The notes beneath the pieces were generated by a model. That model searched no databases and was not told the DNA's origin. It was given only the letters and a program-made list of their open reading frames with translations. DNA of 61,872 bases, counting the filler, from Choristocarpus tenellus KU-1152 (Eukaryota; Protista; Phaeophyceae), in NCBI GenBank assembly GCA_964200185.2. It is 9 parts of 9 records of this genome, joined end to end, with 100 filler letters (N's around TTAATTAATTAA, not from the genome) between each part and the next. Parts side by side here need not be neighbours in the genome. Positions count along the whole stretch, not along the records: positions 32,858 to 61,872 come from CAXNAD020000114.1; 8 more parts are not named here. One strand, 5' to 3'. The translations under genes were made by a program, and so were the position numbers. Of this stretch, positions 37,590 through 52,600 are shown piece after piece; positions within the stretch are counted from its first letter, which is position 1; the number at the start of each line of letters is the position of its first letter.

Positions 37590-40500
37590 TCAAGACAGGG
37601 TCTTTCTCCTTTTAGTCTTGCTTCTCTTCACATTTCCATCCTCTATGCCTTGTTTGCTGTTCTTCTTCTTCGCCCTCTCTGTTGACGGTGCTGCAACACC
37701 ATCCAGTTTTGCCTTCCCACTCTTCCCCACACTTCTAACTCCATCAATATTTCCTACTTCTGTACCTTCCATATCTTTGCCACCCTTCCCAACTGATTCT
37801 CCTGGTGTTGTGCCAACTCCCTCCTTCTCATCTCCCCTTGCCCCCTTGCGCTTTTTGGGACCTTTTCCTGAAGTTCGTTCTACACCATTACCAAAAGCAT
37901 GAGGGCTGCTGCGACTAGACACAATTGACTCTCTCTTGTTGGCATCACCCACTTTCATGGAAACACATTCACACAGCCTTTGCACAGCTATACTGGGGCT
38001 GGCCTCTCCAACTTTCTGCATTAACTCCATTAGACTTTGTCCATCAGCTTGAAGTCCAAGCCCTCCATCTGACTTCAGTACAGCTGAAAGACACAGTATC
38101 ACAGGCTTTAATCGCTTTGCCTTAAGAATTGACGAGGCCCCCGTTGACTGGGAACCACCAATAGAGTTAGAATCACGGTTGCCACTCCCTTTTGCCTTTT
38201 GTGCTTCAGCAGTGACACCATTGGACGAAGCAGATCTGGCAGTTACTGCTGAGGACAGGACCTCCTCCAGAGCATTTAAAATTGCTGGTCCTTGACTTTT
38301 CACAGCATTCCTTGTGGTTGAGTCCATGGAAGTGAGTCTGGGCAAATAGGGTTAGGGTTGCAAGAAATGATAAAGTTTGGAGCTCTGAATGCAGCCCCTG
38401 GAAAAGTTGAAACCATTTAAAAATAGAAAATGAGCAGAGGAGAATCACTTATTCAACTCTCCTAGTTTTCCACATAGTTTGCAGACAAAACGGGAGTGGT
38501 TGAGCACATTTCCAAGAGTGAAGCAACATCGCAAGCAGGAAAAAAAAGGTGATGTAATCTCAGGACACATTTCCAAGAGGCGTATGTGGACGAAAATTTG
38601 AGGGTGGGTATCAGAATAACCACAATCTTTGCCGACTGCTGTCATCAGCACCGAGTACCTGAGAAATAACCCGTTGGTGAACATAAAATATATCCACTCA
38701 ATCAACTTCATCATTGTCGACAAGACAATGCCATAATCAACTCCTCCATCTGAGGTGTATTAGAATAAAGATCGAAAGAAAAGCAACATACACCACAAGT
38801 ACATCACACTTGCACCAAAACACACTCTACCCAATCACAGCAATTCACTGTAGTCAAACGTCTCATCACACTACAACCTTCACCCCACTTCACCTGTTGA
38901 ACACATCTGCTAGGAGTCGAAAGGCTTCACATTGAAGGAATTCACTGGGTGCACTTCCTGCAGCAGCCTTGACAAGCACAGGCATCAGTCTTGGTGACAC
39001 CTCTGGAAACCTACGCATCACCTCCTCCACCTGCACCCAGAAAAACTTCAATGTTACTTCACCAAGTACTATTGGTTAAATCCAGAAAAGTTAATTCTCC
39101 CGGGTAAAGACACCCTTCATAGTTTTATACGGAGATGTTGCTAATCAATAATATAATGGCTATCATAATTGCACAGCAGTATTGATTGATTTGGCATCAT
39201 CTCAAAGATCTAGTACCTGCACAGTACATTTCATCAGGATGTCAACAACTGTGATAAACACCTCTTCACCGCAGCAATGGGTACAACAATCAGCTGCATT
39301 AACTATTCCTACATACTCTACCTTCGTAAAGATCTTGTGAACTCTTTCAAGGCCACCCTGTATTGGACATACGGGTTGAAATTGCTTGTAAAGTCCAAAA
39401 TATTTTTTTCAAAAGGACCACAACACTGTACTGTCTGCTGAAACCGGTCTTTGCACAATCAAGGTATTTATTCTAATGTTACAGATACCATGAACCACAC
39501 CAATACATGACAACTATAATAACCTTACCTTAGGCCCTCTGATGAAAGGCAACAAACTCCAAGGACCATAACCCTCCTCTCTTTCCACACTTCAAACAAT
39601 CATACTACTGCTCAATGCACCTTTTGTCAGACCATGCAAACAACATAAATCTTGCAATAATAATCCCTTCTATCAAATATCAGCAGAGCACACCACATAC
39701 CTGCTTTCCCATCAACCCAGAAGAACGTTTTGTCGTAAAAAACGCCTCCATTGAAGACACCACTTCATCCATTGCCTCCACAAGCAACGAAATTTCACCA
39801 TCCTTATCCTCACTAGATGCTCCCTTGAGCACTCTGAGGCAACATAGGGCCCCCTCAAAGGCTAACCCACTCATGACTGGATTCTTTGAACCACCTCCCC
39901 TGCACTGCTTCATGAGCACACGGAATGTGTTGACAGTTCCTTCTTTGAGGGCAGGGTCCAGAGTCCGAGGCTTGCAGCGGCACAAGCGACTCTTGTACAA
40001 ACTCTGGTGGAAACAGGGGGGGGGGGGATGGGTCAACATTTTCTGATCCAAGTGATTTTGCTGAGAATCTCTGTGGAAGGAAATCTTAGAGTAGGTACGG
40101 GTTTTGGCATCTACAGGGCTGGATTGAATAAAAGTATATTTGTATAAAGCAAAAAAATAGAGCTTGATCAGCTGCACACACACTCCCACTCTCCCACCAA
40201 GAGACAGAAGTGATTGTGGAAGGTTCCATGAGGCGTCCACTGAACAAGAGGACTCCGCCCTTATGCATACACCCTAAAAGAACCGTCGCAGTAGATAAAT
40301 AGGTAACCTTCCCGCTAACACGATGAATAAAATCTATTGGTACATTTGTCAGTCTTGGCACTTACACTAACAATAGAGCCAAACACAAAATTGAGCATCC
40401 ATGACAGTCTCAACAGGTGACTTAATAAAAAAAATCAGCACCAACACACTTTTCACCCCACATACAATCAAAGACGACAAATATTTCTACTATTAATAAA

Positions 40501-43500
40501 TCAAAATTGTCAATACCATTAGTACAAACAATCAGATAACAACAACGGCCCCTCACTCTCCCACATACTTACCAAGAGGCGTTCACGAAGAGCAGCAGCC
40601 TCTCCCCCCTTCTGAGAGCGTCCACTGGAATTTCCAGACGATTGAAGCGGTTTAATGGCATGAAACAAAGGGACCAAGGCCATCAGCAAGATAGCACAGT
40701 CTGATTTCCTGGAACAAAGAACCTGGAAGGCGAAGGCGATTGCGAGTGCCAGTCAGCAGAGATAGTATTAAAATATGAATGGTAGCCAGCAGTACAAGGC
40801 TGGTTGAACACAAGGAGATGAAGGCGTCAGAAGGATAGGGTTCTGGTGAGCTTCATATCTACCATGTGTTTCAAGCCGCTCAAAGCATCCCTCTTCTTAA
40901 AAACAAAACGAAGTGATGCAAGCCAAAATCTACCAAATTGGAAACTGTTCTCCATTGAATATGTCGATGTGAACCCTAAACCTAACAATTACTGCATTCT
41001 ATAAAGTACTATTCAATAATAAAATCAGTATCACTAGTAGCAATGTAAATGAGCTGTGGCTAACCCTATCCCTCAAATCAAAACCACCCACTGAAAGCGA
41101 CACCAAGCACTCTACGAAAAATTATCATTAGAAGGGAAGCCAGAACTTACAAGATTTCACTTCAACAACATATGCCTACTAAACACACAAACACACTTAC
41201 AAAACAATCCTTGAGGGTTATGCCCAAAACAGTACAAAAACCCTAAAAAGCTTGGATCAAAGCTACACCCTAATCAAGTCCTGTTTCCTTATAAATACCA
41301 CCAACAGCAATAAAAGCAAGTCTCATCATAATAAATACACTCAACAAACCGCAACAAGTTTCCTCTAATAATAAATAAGTATCTATCTCCCACCTCCAAA
41401 AGGTCCAAGGCCCGGAGACGTATCTGGTTGCGCTGTCGCTCCGCCAACAACACCCCCTTCTTACGTCCAGCCCTCTTAAGACCCAGAAGCGCCCCCAGAG
41501 CCTTGTCAGCCCCGGCATGGTGAGCAAGCCCCCCCTCCTCCTCTTCCTCCCCAGCAAGCAATGCCTCCAATTCAGAGGGGTCAACCACGATGTCATCTCC
41601 ATCTTCATCCTCATTTTTGTACTCATCCTCATCATCACTCTTATCACTTTCCTCAGCCATTACTTCAACAGCAACCTTGCCAGAATCTTTATCCCCTTTC
41701 CCTTCCCCTGGAGATTCCCCCTCTTCTTCCTCTGAATCTGAAGTTTCAAACATCAGCAAGCAAGGTGCATATGGTTATTCAGTCAGTATGTCACTAGGTG
41801 CCTATGAATGGAATGGACTGCTGTTCGCAGGAAGGCATTCCTGAGTTTTAAAATGAACTGACCAGTGGCATTCAGACCAGTCACAAATACTATGTATCAT
41901 ATGTACATAATACACGTTGGTATTTATTTCAAGAAAAGACTTTTAAAACACAAAAGTAAAGTAACTCTTTTTTTTTGTCCTTGATTGTGGGAAGGACTGT
42001 TGTGGGGAAGAGTTCTTGTTAATAATGCCCTTATAAAATAATCCGCTTAGCATTGGTAACATGCATGATTCTACTGGACTCAATGCCAATCCTCCAAGTT
42101 CAAGGGCCCTAATTGACCCTAATCTGCAGCCAATTACTTCCTATTACGAGATTGCTAGCATGATTGTATAAAATGAAAGATTTGCTCTGACTGTCAGTCA
42201 AGAATAACACTTCAAAAACGAGCTCCCTCCATCATACAAAACTCACCCAATCCTAACCCTAACACAATCCTTGAAAAAAGGGTCAAACCTGAGAGTCAAA
42301 AGCAAAACCACTTTCCCACACCTTCCATGTCATCGCCTTCATCCTCCTCCTCCTCTACTTCCTCTTCACCACAAACAGCAACCAAAAGAGTCTCCAAAGC
42401 AGACTTTGTGAGAGGCTGTGTGCCACACACCATACCCCATACCCTCCTGTCCAATGTCAAAGATACGATAGGAGGGTTAGGGCTGAGGGGAAAAAAGGAA
42501 AAAATTAATGGAGTTGGGGGATGTTCCAGTCTACTAGCTCAATGCCACACATACATAGACCACCTCGTTGGCGCATATGTTGCTGCTCAAATGATGCCTG
42601 TCACCGACCCTCTCACTACCATCGGCTTGGCTTAATAACAAGAAAAGAAGCAATAAAAGATAAAACAATATAGGGGGCAGCCACACTATTTGTACTGCAC
42701 TACATTTACCAACACTAAAAAATTCTAACCCTAACCCTAACCCACACCAAAATAATACCAATAATAATTTGTAGAACTAAACATGAAAATAAGTATAGAT
42801 CAAGTATAATTTATTGCTCAAGTAACACCTGCAGGACACTTCCATCAAGTATTCAAGTAGAAATGATATTATTACTTGTGATAAAATCATCCAGTATGAA
42901 TAACGGATGCAACAATAAGTATGCTATCGACTACTATGTGATCCACTTCAATCAATACCTGGACACATCCCTGAGGCTCTTCACACTGTGAGTTGATGGT
43001 TCCGAAACCACTGCAATGAGAATATCAGCCAGCATCGCCAAAGGGTCAGGCTCTCCATCTGGCCCATTCAACACAAGAAAACATAGTGGTTTAAGGGAAT
43101 CCCAAGAACTTCGAAGGCGTTTTGTTCCTACTTTCATACTGTGCCCTTGTCGAGGTTCTTCAACAGTTGCTACCTCATCAACAGTATAACATTGACCTTG
43201 TTTGACCAATGACCAAACCGCTCCCACAGGTGATAGGCATTACTCAGGAACCTCATATACATCCAAAACAAATGGGTCAGTCCATATATATCACAAGTAT
43301 GCCTATTCAAGCTGATGGATCAGTATAGTGTGTTTATGGTAGGATTTAAAAAAAGATAACATAAAAAAATCTACTGCCAAAGCACATATAAAGTAGGTTT
43401 CATGTTTACATCTTACTCCTGCTACAGATCTCAATACTCATCCATATTATAGGTAGTACCCACACTGGTATACATGCCATTCAAACATTCACATAGCACA

Positions 43501-46500
43501 TTATACTATACCACCACTAATAGTGTATCATACTGTCTGAGGAGGGGTCAAGGATACACACATATCGAGTTGACCAAACCACTGTAGCTAGCTATAGCTT
43601 CATGCAAGGAACAGTCTTACCAAAGTCCCACACAGATCCACACCTCATTCCAACCAAAATAGAAGCCTAAACCTAAACCTAACCCACAATACTATCAGCT
43701 GCAACCCTCCCTGAATCACCCCAAATATCAATCGATACCTACTTCAACACCTACCCCCAATTAACTCACACCCTAACCCTATGGAAATGCCTGCCATATG
43801 TATTGGGACTCACCTCCATCTTCCTCCTCGTCCTCATCATCATCTCCATCACTTATCCCTGCCATCCTGCTATATGTCTCAATGAGGTCAGTGATGTGTG
43901 TAGCTCTCTCCCCTCCTTGCCTGCCCCCTCCCTCTCCCTTAGAACCATCTAACAGGTACAGACCCACCAGAAGAAGCATGCCTGCAAAAGCAGAGGAGAT
44001 CTTGTCCAACCTAGGAGGCGGTCAGAGATATGGCACAAATTGAAATTGGAGGGATGATGCTTACATATGTTTTGCTTGGAGATGAACAAAAATATTCATC
44101 ATGGTGCACGTATTTACTGCCTAAATAAATGTCATCAAACCCTCACAGAAAGTGAAGGCCTAAGCTATGCGTCTTCAATCAAATATAGAGGGGCTGTTGA
44201 AGCAACTCTGCAGGGGGGCCCAGGAATACCACAAGGATTGTCCTTGGTGACAAGAGAGACATATAAGCAGCCTAACCCAAGAGAGGTCCCACTTTCTGCT
44301 CCTCCACTAATGCGTGGTGCTAAACCAATAACAAAGAAAACATCAGTCATATATAATCATGTCTTTTCTTACAAAGAGCTAAAAAGAGTGAGAGTTAGGC
44401 TCTTGAGAACACTCACAACTAACACAAATTGCAAGCTTCAACAGGTCACCCCAGCCATGGACAGACATTGCTTTGAGATAAAAGCACAACCATTTCTTAA
44501 TAGGAGATATTCTTTGTTCTATGAAAAAAAATTTGGTTAGCAACACCTTTACACCCTGCATTTCAACCCTAACACCAAGAGGAAAAAAAAGAAGTCGACC
44601 TGTACCTTATGAACAGCATTTACAAAATGTTCTACAAACACTGGAACGTAGTATAGATGACTAACATTATAATAACATAGTAAATGGATTGTACAGTATC
44701 TCATCGCATCAAAACCATGTTAGTACCACACACACACATATCTCAATATATTGTCCCTAAAGCAGCCAGTCAAGGAGATACCACCACCAATAATACTACA
44801 CCATACCAAGATCAATGCGTGTAAAAATGAGAGGGTATGCAGTGACAAGCGGACTGTTTTCACTGATTCAATTTTATCAAAAGTATTAAAAAAATCTCAC
44901 CCTCCTTTCTGGTTGCCTTTTTTCCCCTCCTTGATGCGTTCTACCACCCTCAGCATCGCCTCCCAGGCTTCCCTTTCCTCACCCTTTACCCTCATATCCT
45001 TGGCCAGGTGCTTTCCACCAGCCTCCAACCTAACCCAGGTCTGGTGCAAACCCCACAGGGCCTCCAATGCACCCTGTTGCCCCTCCCCTGGGGAAGACGC
45101 TGGCAGCTCCCAGAAGAAGGGTTTGACTGCTATGTCTCCAGCAAGGGAAAAAAACTTAGTGGCACAGGCCTCCCTCACCTTAGAAGGCAAGGGAGGTGCT
45201 ACATTTATGAAAGATATGGGTTCGTTGCCATCCCAGCAGGTATATATAGAGAGGGATAGATGACAGGGGGAGGAGGGAGCAGGGGGCAGGAGGCAGAGTT
45301 GATATGCAATGATGAAGAAGGCAACAATGCTACACCAATCAAAAAGAGGATAAGAGGTGCAATACATCTGTCCTTGTAACCCCAACCCCAACCCTACCTC
45401 TCATTACACTACACTGCACTAACAAAATCGCCTTTCCCCCCTTCAGAGGTTGCAGCACAACAGACTGTCTTAATTCCATTTCTTTTATCTCACCAGAGCT
45501 GCCTTGATCAAAGAAAGCCATTTCTAGGAAAAAACTTGCAGTATTGGTAAGGCGTTTCCCCTTGGAAACGCCTCCTCTCGCCAAGGAATGCAATGCCTCT
45601 ACAGCCTGCTGCCTCTCTGCAACAGAGCCTTGTGCACTCTCTTCATCAGTTACATCAGTTTCAGGACTGTTCTCAGATACAGCAGTCACTGGTTCAGCAT
45701 TGTCATCATTAGAGTTGCCATCAGAAGCTTCCACTCCTATCAGCACAACACAGGATGGAAATGGTAGCAAAAAGAAAAAATAGTGAAAGAGGGGGGGAGG
45801 GGGGGGGACAAGAATCAATGCTAACACAACCACACTTTCATTTGAGTATTATGTTTGTAGGTTGGTCAGTATGATTCACAAAAACATTCCTCACTTTCAA
45901 GATGTCCATTCCATCCTCACCCAAAGCAAATGGCAAGATATTGGTAGAGGGGTCCTCCCACAGTCAAGGAGGGAAGTGCTTCATTTCTCCAAACACGGCA
46001 AGATCCAACCAAAATAATAAAAAAAGAACTGAGAGGATTCAAGATATGTAGCATAGATTAATTTTGTTCATGTAGCTGACACAACCACAACGACTCTTAG
46101 GCAACTACATAGAGTATTTTTTAGTGAGATGGGAATTCACAACCACACTATGGTCAAACCTTGTTTCAAGAACACCCACCCTTCTTGCCGGTCCCATTTT
46201 CCACCAAGGAGTCTCCTTGGACTCCACTGTGTGTACCCTCCACCACACCCTTGAGGAAGGACATATGTCTGTCCACAGCATCCTGACAAGAAAACATAAA
46301 TAAAAACATAAATTCAGAACGACCAAACAAAATAAATCAACATCACTCTCAAAAAAAGGATTCAGTACACTCTAAGGAAGACAGGTGTATGTAGCTGTTT
46401 GATAATTGTAACTGCCATCAGAAAAAACGTCAAAAACGTCAAAAAGCAATGGCAGTTACAATTATCGACCATGCACATGTGTGAGGGAAAGATAACTGTT

Positions 46501-46556
46501 AGTAATTAAAAAAAGGGGCCAAAGTATCTGGGGGGGGGGGGGNNNNNNNNNNAAGA

Positions 46557-46600
<44 letters not shown>

Positions 46601-49600
46601 GGTGGTGGTTTGTGAGGGGGCGTCCGTTTCTGTCAAACAAATCTTTTTCTTTGCGGACATTTCAAATCCAACACGTGTGACCAAATCACACAAAAAAAAG
46701 GAAAATCGAAAAAAGAGTGAAAAATGGATGCCGACCCCCCCCCCCAGATACTTCTCCTCAAAATCAGTTACAATGTACCACACATAACTTGTTTTTTCCT
46801 TGTGTCAATTTTTCAACCATGCAATACAGTGAAATACAGTGAATGAGAACACATCAGTCGCTACATACTCAGCCAATCAGAGACAGTGAATACTTTGAGG
46901 GTGCAATTGAGTCATGCATCATCTCTTCTTCATATTACACCTAGGAAATTCATCTAAGCACAGCAACCCCCAAAATGCCACTACTCCTGAACCGGTAGGT
47001 ATGAAGTGATATCCATTCCATGGGCACTAGTGTGGTTGAAAGACATCTACATCTACATCTCCCATATATACATATATTTTCTGACATACCTCTCCCATGT
47101 GTGCTACAATCCGTTCAATGACCTTCACCCCTGTGCGGGCATCAAATCGAAGTGTTCCTCTCCTGAGAAGACATGCCACAACCTCTAGTTGCACCTGAGT
47201 ACAGCCGGCAGACAAATGTATCATACTACATCAAGACAAATGTATCATATTACATCAAGACAAATGTATCATACTACATCAAGACAAATGTATCATACTA
47301 CATCAAGACAAATGTATCATATTGCATCAAGACAAATGTATCATATTGTACATCAAGACAAATGTATCATATTACATCAAGACAAATGTATCATATTGCA
47401 TCAAGACAAATGTATCATACTACATCAAGACAAATGTATCATACTACATCAAGACAAATGTATCATACTACATCAAGACAAATGCATCATATTGCATCAA
47501 GACAAATGTATCCCATCCCCCGTAGAGAGGCAAGGGGAAACCTTGGATTGTATCATATTGCATCAAGCAATGGTTTCAATGTACACAAAAAAATTAATAT
47601 GTTCTTATATATTAGATTGCAACTCGGACATCAAGGAACCTTTAGAACCCTTTGAAAAACTGCTTTAGACCTAATGTTGTAATAATGCTTCATAAAAAAT
47701 GTGCATACAAAACAATAACAAAAAATTAGAGCAAGAAATCAAAAAAGCAGTAGTTAATCCAACTCAACTGAGCTCACCATACCCATAGTATGGTATTCAA
47801 TAGTATGCACTTTTTACAACACGTATTGAAGGAACTGTCCCATCTGCCAATCAATCCACTCTCTCAAATAATTTTCATACCACCTCTCAATACCTACATA
47901 TATTTCTACCTCAATTCCTCAAGGCAGCCAAACACCAAACACCTCCCCATCCTTTTCAAACACAGGCATCCCAAAAAATGACCACACCTACCTTCACAAC
48001 CTCTCCAAACGAAAAGCAATGCAATATGTACCTTGTCATATTCACAAGAACATTCTCAGATTTTTCCACAACTTTGCTTTTATTAAAAGTAGCACCTGTC
48101 GAGGATGATACACTCCTACACTACAAAATAGAAATAAAAAATCTCAACCTCCTTGGTTACAAAGCATGATAATCTGACAACCAGGGAAATCAAAACATCA
48201 ATTTGACTTGAAAAAAATTATTGAAGGATTTGAAGAAAAAAAATATACCACACTTGTATTCAAGCTTGAATACCCTAACCCTAAAATATCAAAAAAATAA
48301 TGTTACATAATACTTGTGAATGACTGAAATACCTACGACTCTACATCTTATTCTGCTTGGACACCTGTGGGCTGAACCAATTGAAAACCTCGTACTATCA
48401 ATAGCATTAACCACTTCCATTAATGTGTGCTATCTATCAATAGCATTAACCTTAGATTTGTTAATATTAACAAAAAGTCTGAACAACTCAAAAGAGTAAT
48501 AAAAAGATTCACTTAACACCACATTCTTGTGAAAAAATGAACCAATCAAGCATCACTCCTCAATTTTCAGTTTCAAATAGTCGAAATAAATAAAATAATA
48601 AATTCAAATCATTGCAATTGAATCACTAGGAATCACAATATCTCTCTCTCTTTCTTCCACACACACACAAAAAACTCACACCTAGATCGCCTTCCGCTTT
48701 CCACAACAGTATGCATTACCTCTTCATCATCATCAATTATAGCCGGGAGCTGGTTCAGCGTGAGGATCACAAGCTCGTGTAAATAGTTCTTCTCACTCTG
48801 TGCATGATTGAGCAAGAGCCTCACTATGCCAGTAGACAGGACTTGCCACACACCAGATGCAGGCACACAAGCGATCACCTTCAACAAAAAGTAAAAAATA
48901 TTTTCTTATTCTTAAAGGATCTTCAAGATAAGGTTAGGGTGAGAGATTTTTTTTTTTTGTGAGAAGTCTAAACGTAACATTGTTGACCAATAAGGAGTCA
49001 GGAATCTCTTCACAATATAAAAAATACGTGTGTGGTGTCAATTGAGTCAGCATATTGGTGTAACTGCCAAAAGGAGTAAAATGATGGCTGTTATACGAAA
49101 GGTTGTGCTGACATGGTCACTGGTACACTGTGTAACACTGTACTAACCTCGTGAAACCCTCTTATCTTCTATCTTCAGGGGGAAAAAAAACAAGGTGACA
49201 AAGACTATTTTTTTTTAAATTAAAAATTCGCCGACAGAAGCATGGAGCTTCAAATAAAATCAGAATTGAGCTAGTATTCACACCTGATTGGATCTATAAA
49301 CACTCAGAAAAGAAAGGAGAGTGATCTTGGAGGGTGAGTACTGAATTCATCCTCCTTAGGACAAGACCACTATCAGTAGTGTTTAACAGACAAATGTCCC
49401 TGCACCGGTGATAAGTACATGTTGATACTGATTAACTTAGTGTTGATACTGATTAACTTAGTGTTGATACTGATTAACTTAGTGTTGATACTGATTAACT
49501 TTCAAACCTTCCAAGTTCACTACGGTCTGTGTGACATAAAATGAGTACGTATCACGCTAAAATGCACTAGAAATAAATAAAATACACTCAATTCAAGAAG

Positions 49601-52600
49601 TTTACAAGTCATATCAAGAGTCATATCTAAGAGGATGACTGCACCAACCAACAACAAATAGTAATGCCAAAAAGCATCCCTAACCCTAACCCTAACCCTG
49701 TGAGCACTATAATATTAACATATACTAGAAGTATATACTAGTGTACATGTAATCCACACTATTCATCAATCTCACTCTTACAGTGTATGACATGTGCAAC
49801 CAATATGCCTCTTGGCATCGAGAACTGATCACCCTTGCATCAGCACCAAACGCTGACAAATAATAAAATAGTTGAAGGATCGTCTTGGGACAATCATGAA
49901 TAAATAAATAAATAACAGATATAAGCTCTAAATCAACATAGTCCGGAACTGCACTGATCAGGAAATACATCTTGAAACTCTTCACACTATAAAATAATTA
50001 AAATCTCAATAACACGACGAAATGATACATCTGGTTACAAAGTTGGTTTAAAAAAAGCACAGCACCAACACACTTACCTCAAGTGTACTAATCACAACCA
50101 CGCTAATCAAGGGCATACATAAAATATTTATTAACATCCTCCATCAATACTCTTAACTCTCCTGTTTATTTTTTTCTGACATATTTCCAATTACTGGAAC
50201 AGCCTACAAGTTAAAAAAGTCAATAGCAAACACTAAAAAGAACACTAATAAGGAAATGGCATGCCTTTAACCAATAAAACCATAATAATATTAATAATAA
50301 TAATAGTAGTAGTTGTTGCAGACCTGCTTCAGAAGCAAAATGGCAGTCCCTTTCAAGTTGAGGCTTCCTGAAGTGAGGGTGCTGTCAACAACAATGTTCC
50401 AGACCTTTTTTACACAATGAGAGTTCACAACCAAGAGGAGAGGCAGTAAAATTCAGCACGGAAAAATAAATTACAAAAATTTATACATTAAAGGGATTGT
50501 AGAGTTAACATTAATTAGAGGTTATCTCAAAAGGTTCAATGTATCCAACTGGAATCAGCAACAATCAAAACACAGCATACAGTGCAAGCAGTGATCAGGA
50601 AGTGGCAAAAGGAAATACAAAACAATTTTCATCAGAATGCACAGCATGCATACATGCACAAGAAGAGAAAACAACAAACAAATTGTATGCTTACTATCAT
50701 TATCATTATTATTAAAATAAAATCAAAACAGTCACTGCTAATACCATTCACCATACCATTAACAAGAAACAAGGTGAGATCAACAGAGCAAGATATGGCG
50801 TAAGATAGGGTCGGGGATAACGCCTACCATCATACTAGATAGTATATACAAACTCTTGAACTGCTTACAGCATCAGATTCAACACCATTTTTGCCCTGTA
50901 GTACTATAATAGCATAAGAGTGAGCAAAGAATGCAACAAGAAATGCATCCTCATCTGGATTAAACAGCCAGAGGTACTATTGAGATTTTAAAATACAAGC
51001 AGTGTTGACAGTATTTGACCAATAGAGTCAAGAACAAAACTAGCACCCACGATAAATATTGCAATGAGGTGCCTGCAACACATGGGGCAAGGTGCTGCCT
51101 AAACCATTCTATGTTTGGAGTTTTATTAGAGGACATACTACAAAGTTTTTTAGTCCACAGTATCAAGTACAACAAACCAGTTGAGTGACTTCAACCTGTA
51201 CATTCTACCACCTGACAAGGTGGGATAGTATTGTGTTGGTAGACCTACTGTGAAAATAAAATGAAGTGGACACGCGTCAAGTAGTCAAGCCTCAAACAAA
51301 TATGAGATTGGGGGAGGGGGACAGACTTGAGGTACCCACACAAGACACTGCTGGTTATGTTTTCAGTTGGAAGAGTGGTATACTCATAGACAGTAAAACC
51401 TTCAAGTTTAGGTTCAGGGTATCTGGCGATGATTATGAATAGTATGTAAGAGTTCTGGGAGGTATCAACATCAATACAGTCATGTTCTTATATGTCCCAG
51501 AATGGGAGGCATTATATAGTAGCTATCCTAACCCTAACCCTATCTTTGAGAGATCAAAAGTAAGCCCTAACCCTAGGGCTGTACCTCGTGAAAGACAGCT
51601 AAACTACTAGCATGGTGGTTATGGACACAAAATTGCTTTATACATATGGAATTGCCCTTTGTACCCAGCAAACACCACAACAAAAATGAACACGAAAATG
51701 TTTCCTACACATGGGAAGGCAGCGATGTGTTGTACCCAAGCCTTAACATTACATGATAAAAAGAGTAATAATACTACCCATAAAACACACTCACAAAGAA
51801 TCCAAACAAAACACCATGTCTTCAAAGCACCAGATAAGATAACACGTAACACACCTATATTCCCAACACATACTCACTTCTCCCAGGCGTGACAGGCGTT
51901 TTGGCCCCATGGATCCACGACCTGGCCACTTCACCCCCCCAACCCTGGGAGTCAAGCCCACATCCTCCCACAATAGCTTCCAGACAGCATGAACCTTTGG
52001 AAATGATGCTGCTGAAAGCTTGAGCACTGGTATCAGCTCCTAAATGTACATGTGGATCACAGGTTTGAGCAACAGTGGGCACATCATGAATCAAGGGTCC
52101 AATAAGTATTACACTCACCACCATTGATGGTTCAAGGATGTGCCTCCCTCAGCATCCTTCGAAAAGATAGAGTTCTGAGTGCATTCCACAGCTACCTTCT
52201 ACACAAATTGCGTAGGTAAGTAGTACTAAGGTTGAAATGTGCCCTGGAAAGGCATAGCCAGCATAGGGTTGTTGAGGGTTTATCTCAAGAAGATCCACCA
52301 TTCCATACCAAAAAAAGGATCATTCATCTGCTTGGGGACAAGAACCTAACAGACTTTGATACCTGATCACTGATTGAAGTCTGTGTGTGTGAGACCTACC
52401 AAGCAATTTGTGCATCTTTGTTGATATCATCGCTATTAATGGTACTATTTGTGCCACTTTCCAGGTGACCTATTGTAAACTCTGCGTTACAAAAATGCAT
52501 GTGTCAAGCCAAGGTCAGATACGACAAAGGTCAGAGTAAAGTCTTTATATCCATCATCAACCATACCCTGTGAAGTACAATTAGTCCATTAAAATTGTGA

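Noticed and set aside
47173-47668. Repeat-protein ORFs (IKTNVSYY / SRQMYHTT / LHQDKCII) or a CRISPR-like array
   Set aside because: Head-to-tail 24-bp minisatellite without unique spacers, open in three frames by chance, lying in a POL5 intron on the opposite strand
48256-48273. 18-bp perfect palindrome gtattcaagcttgaatac
   Set aside because: Isolated and intronic, with no second copy or supporting context
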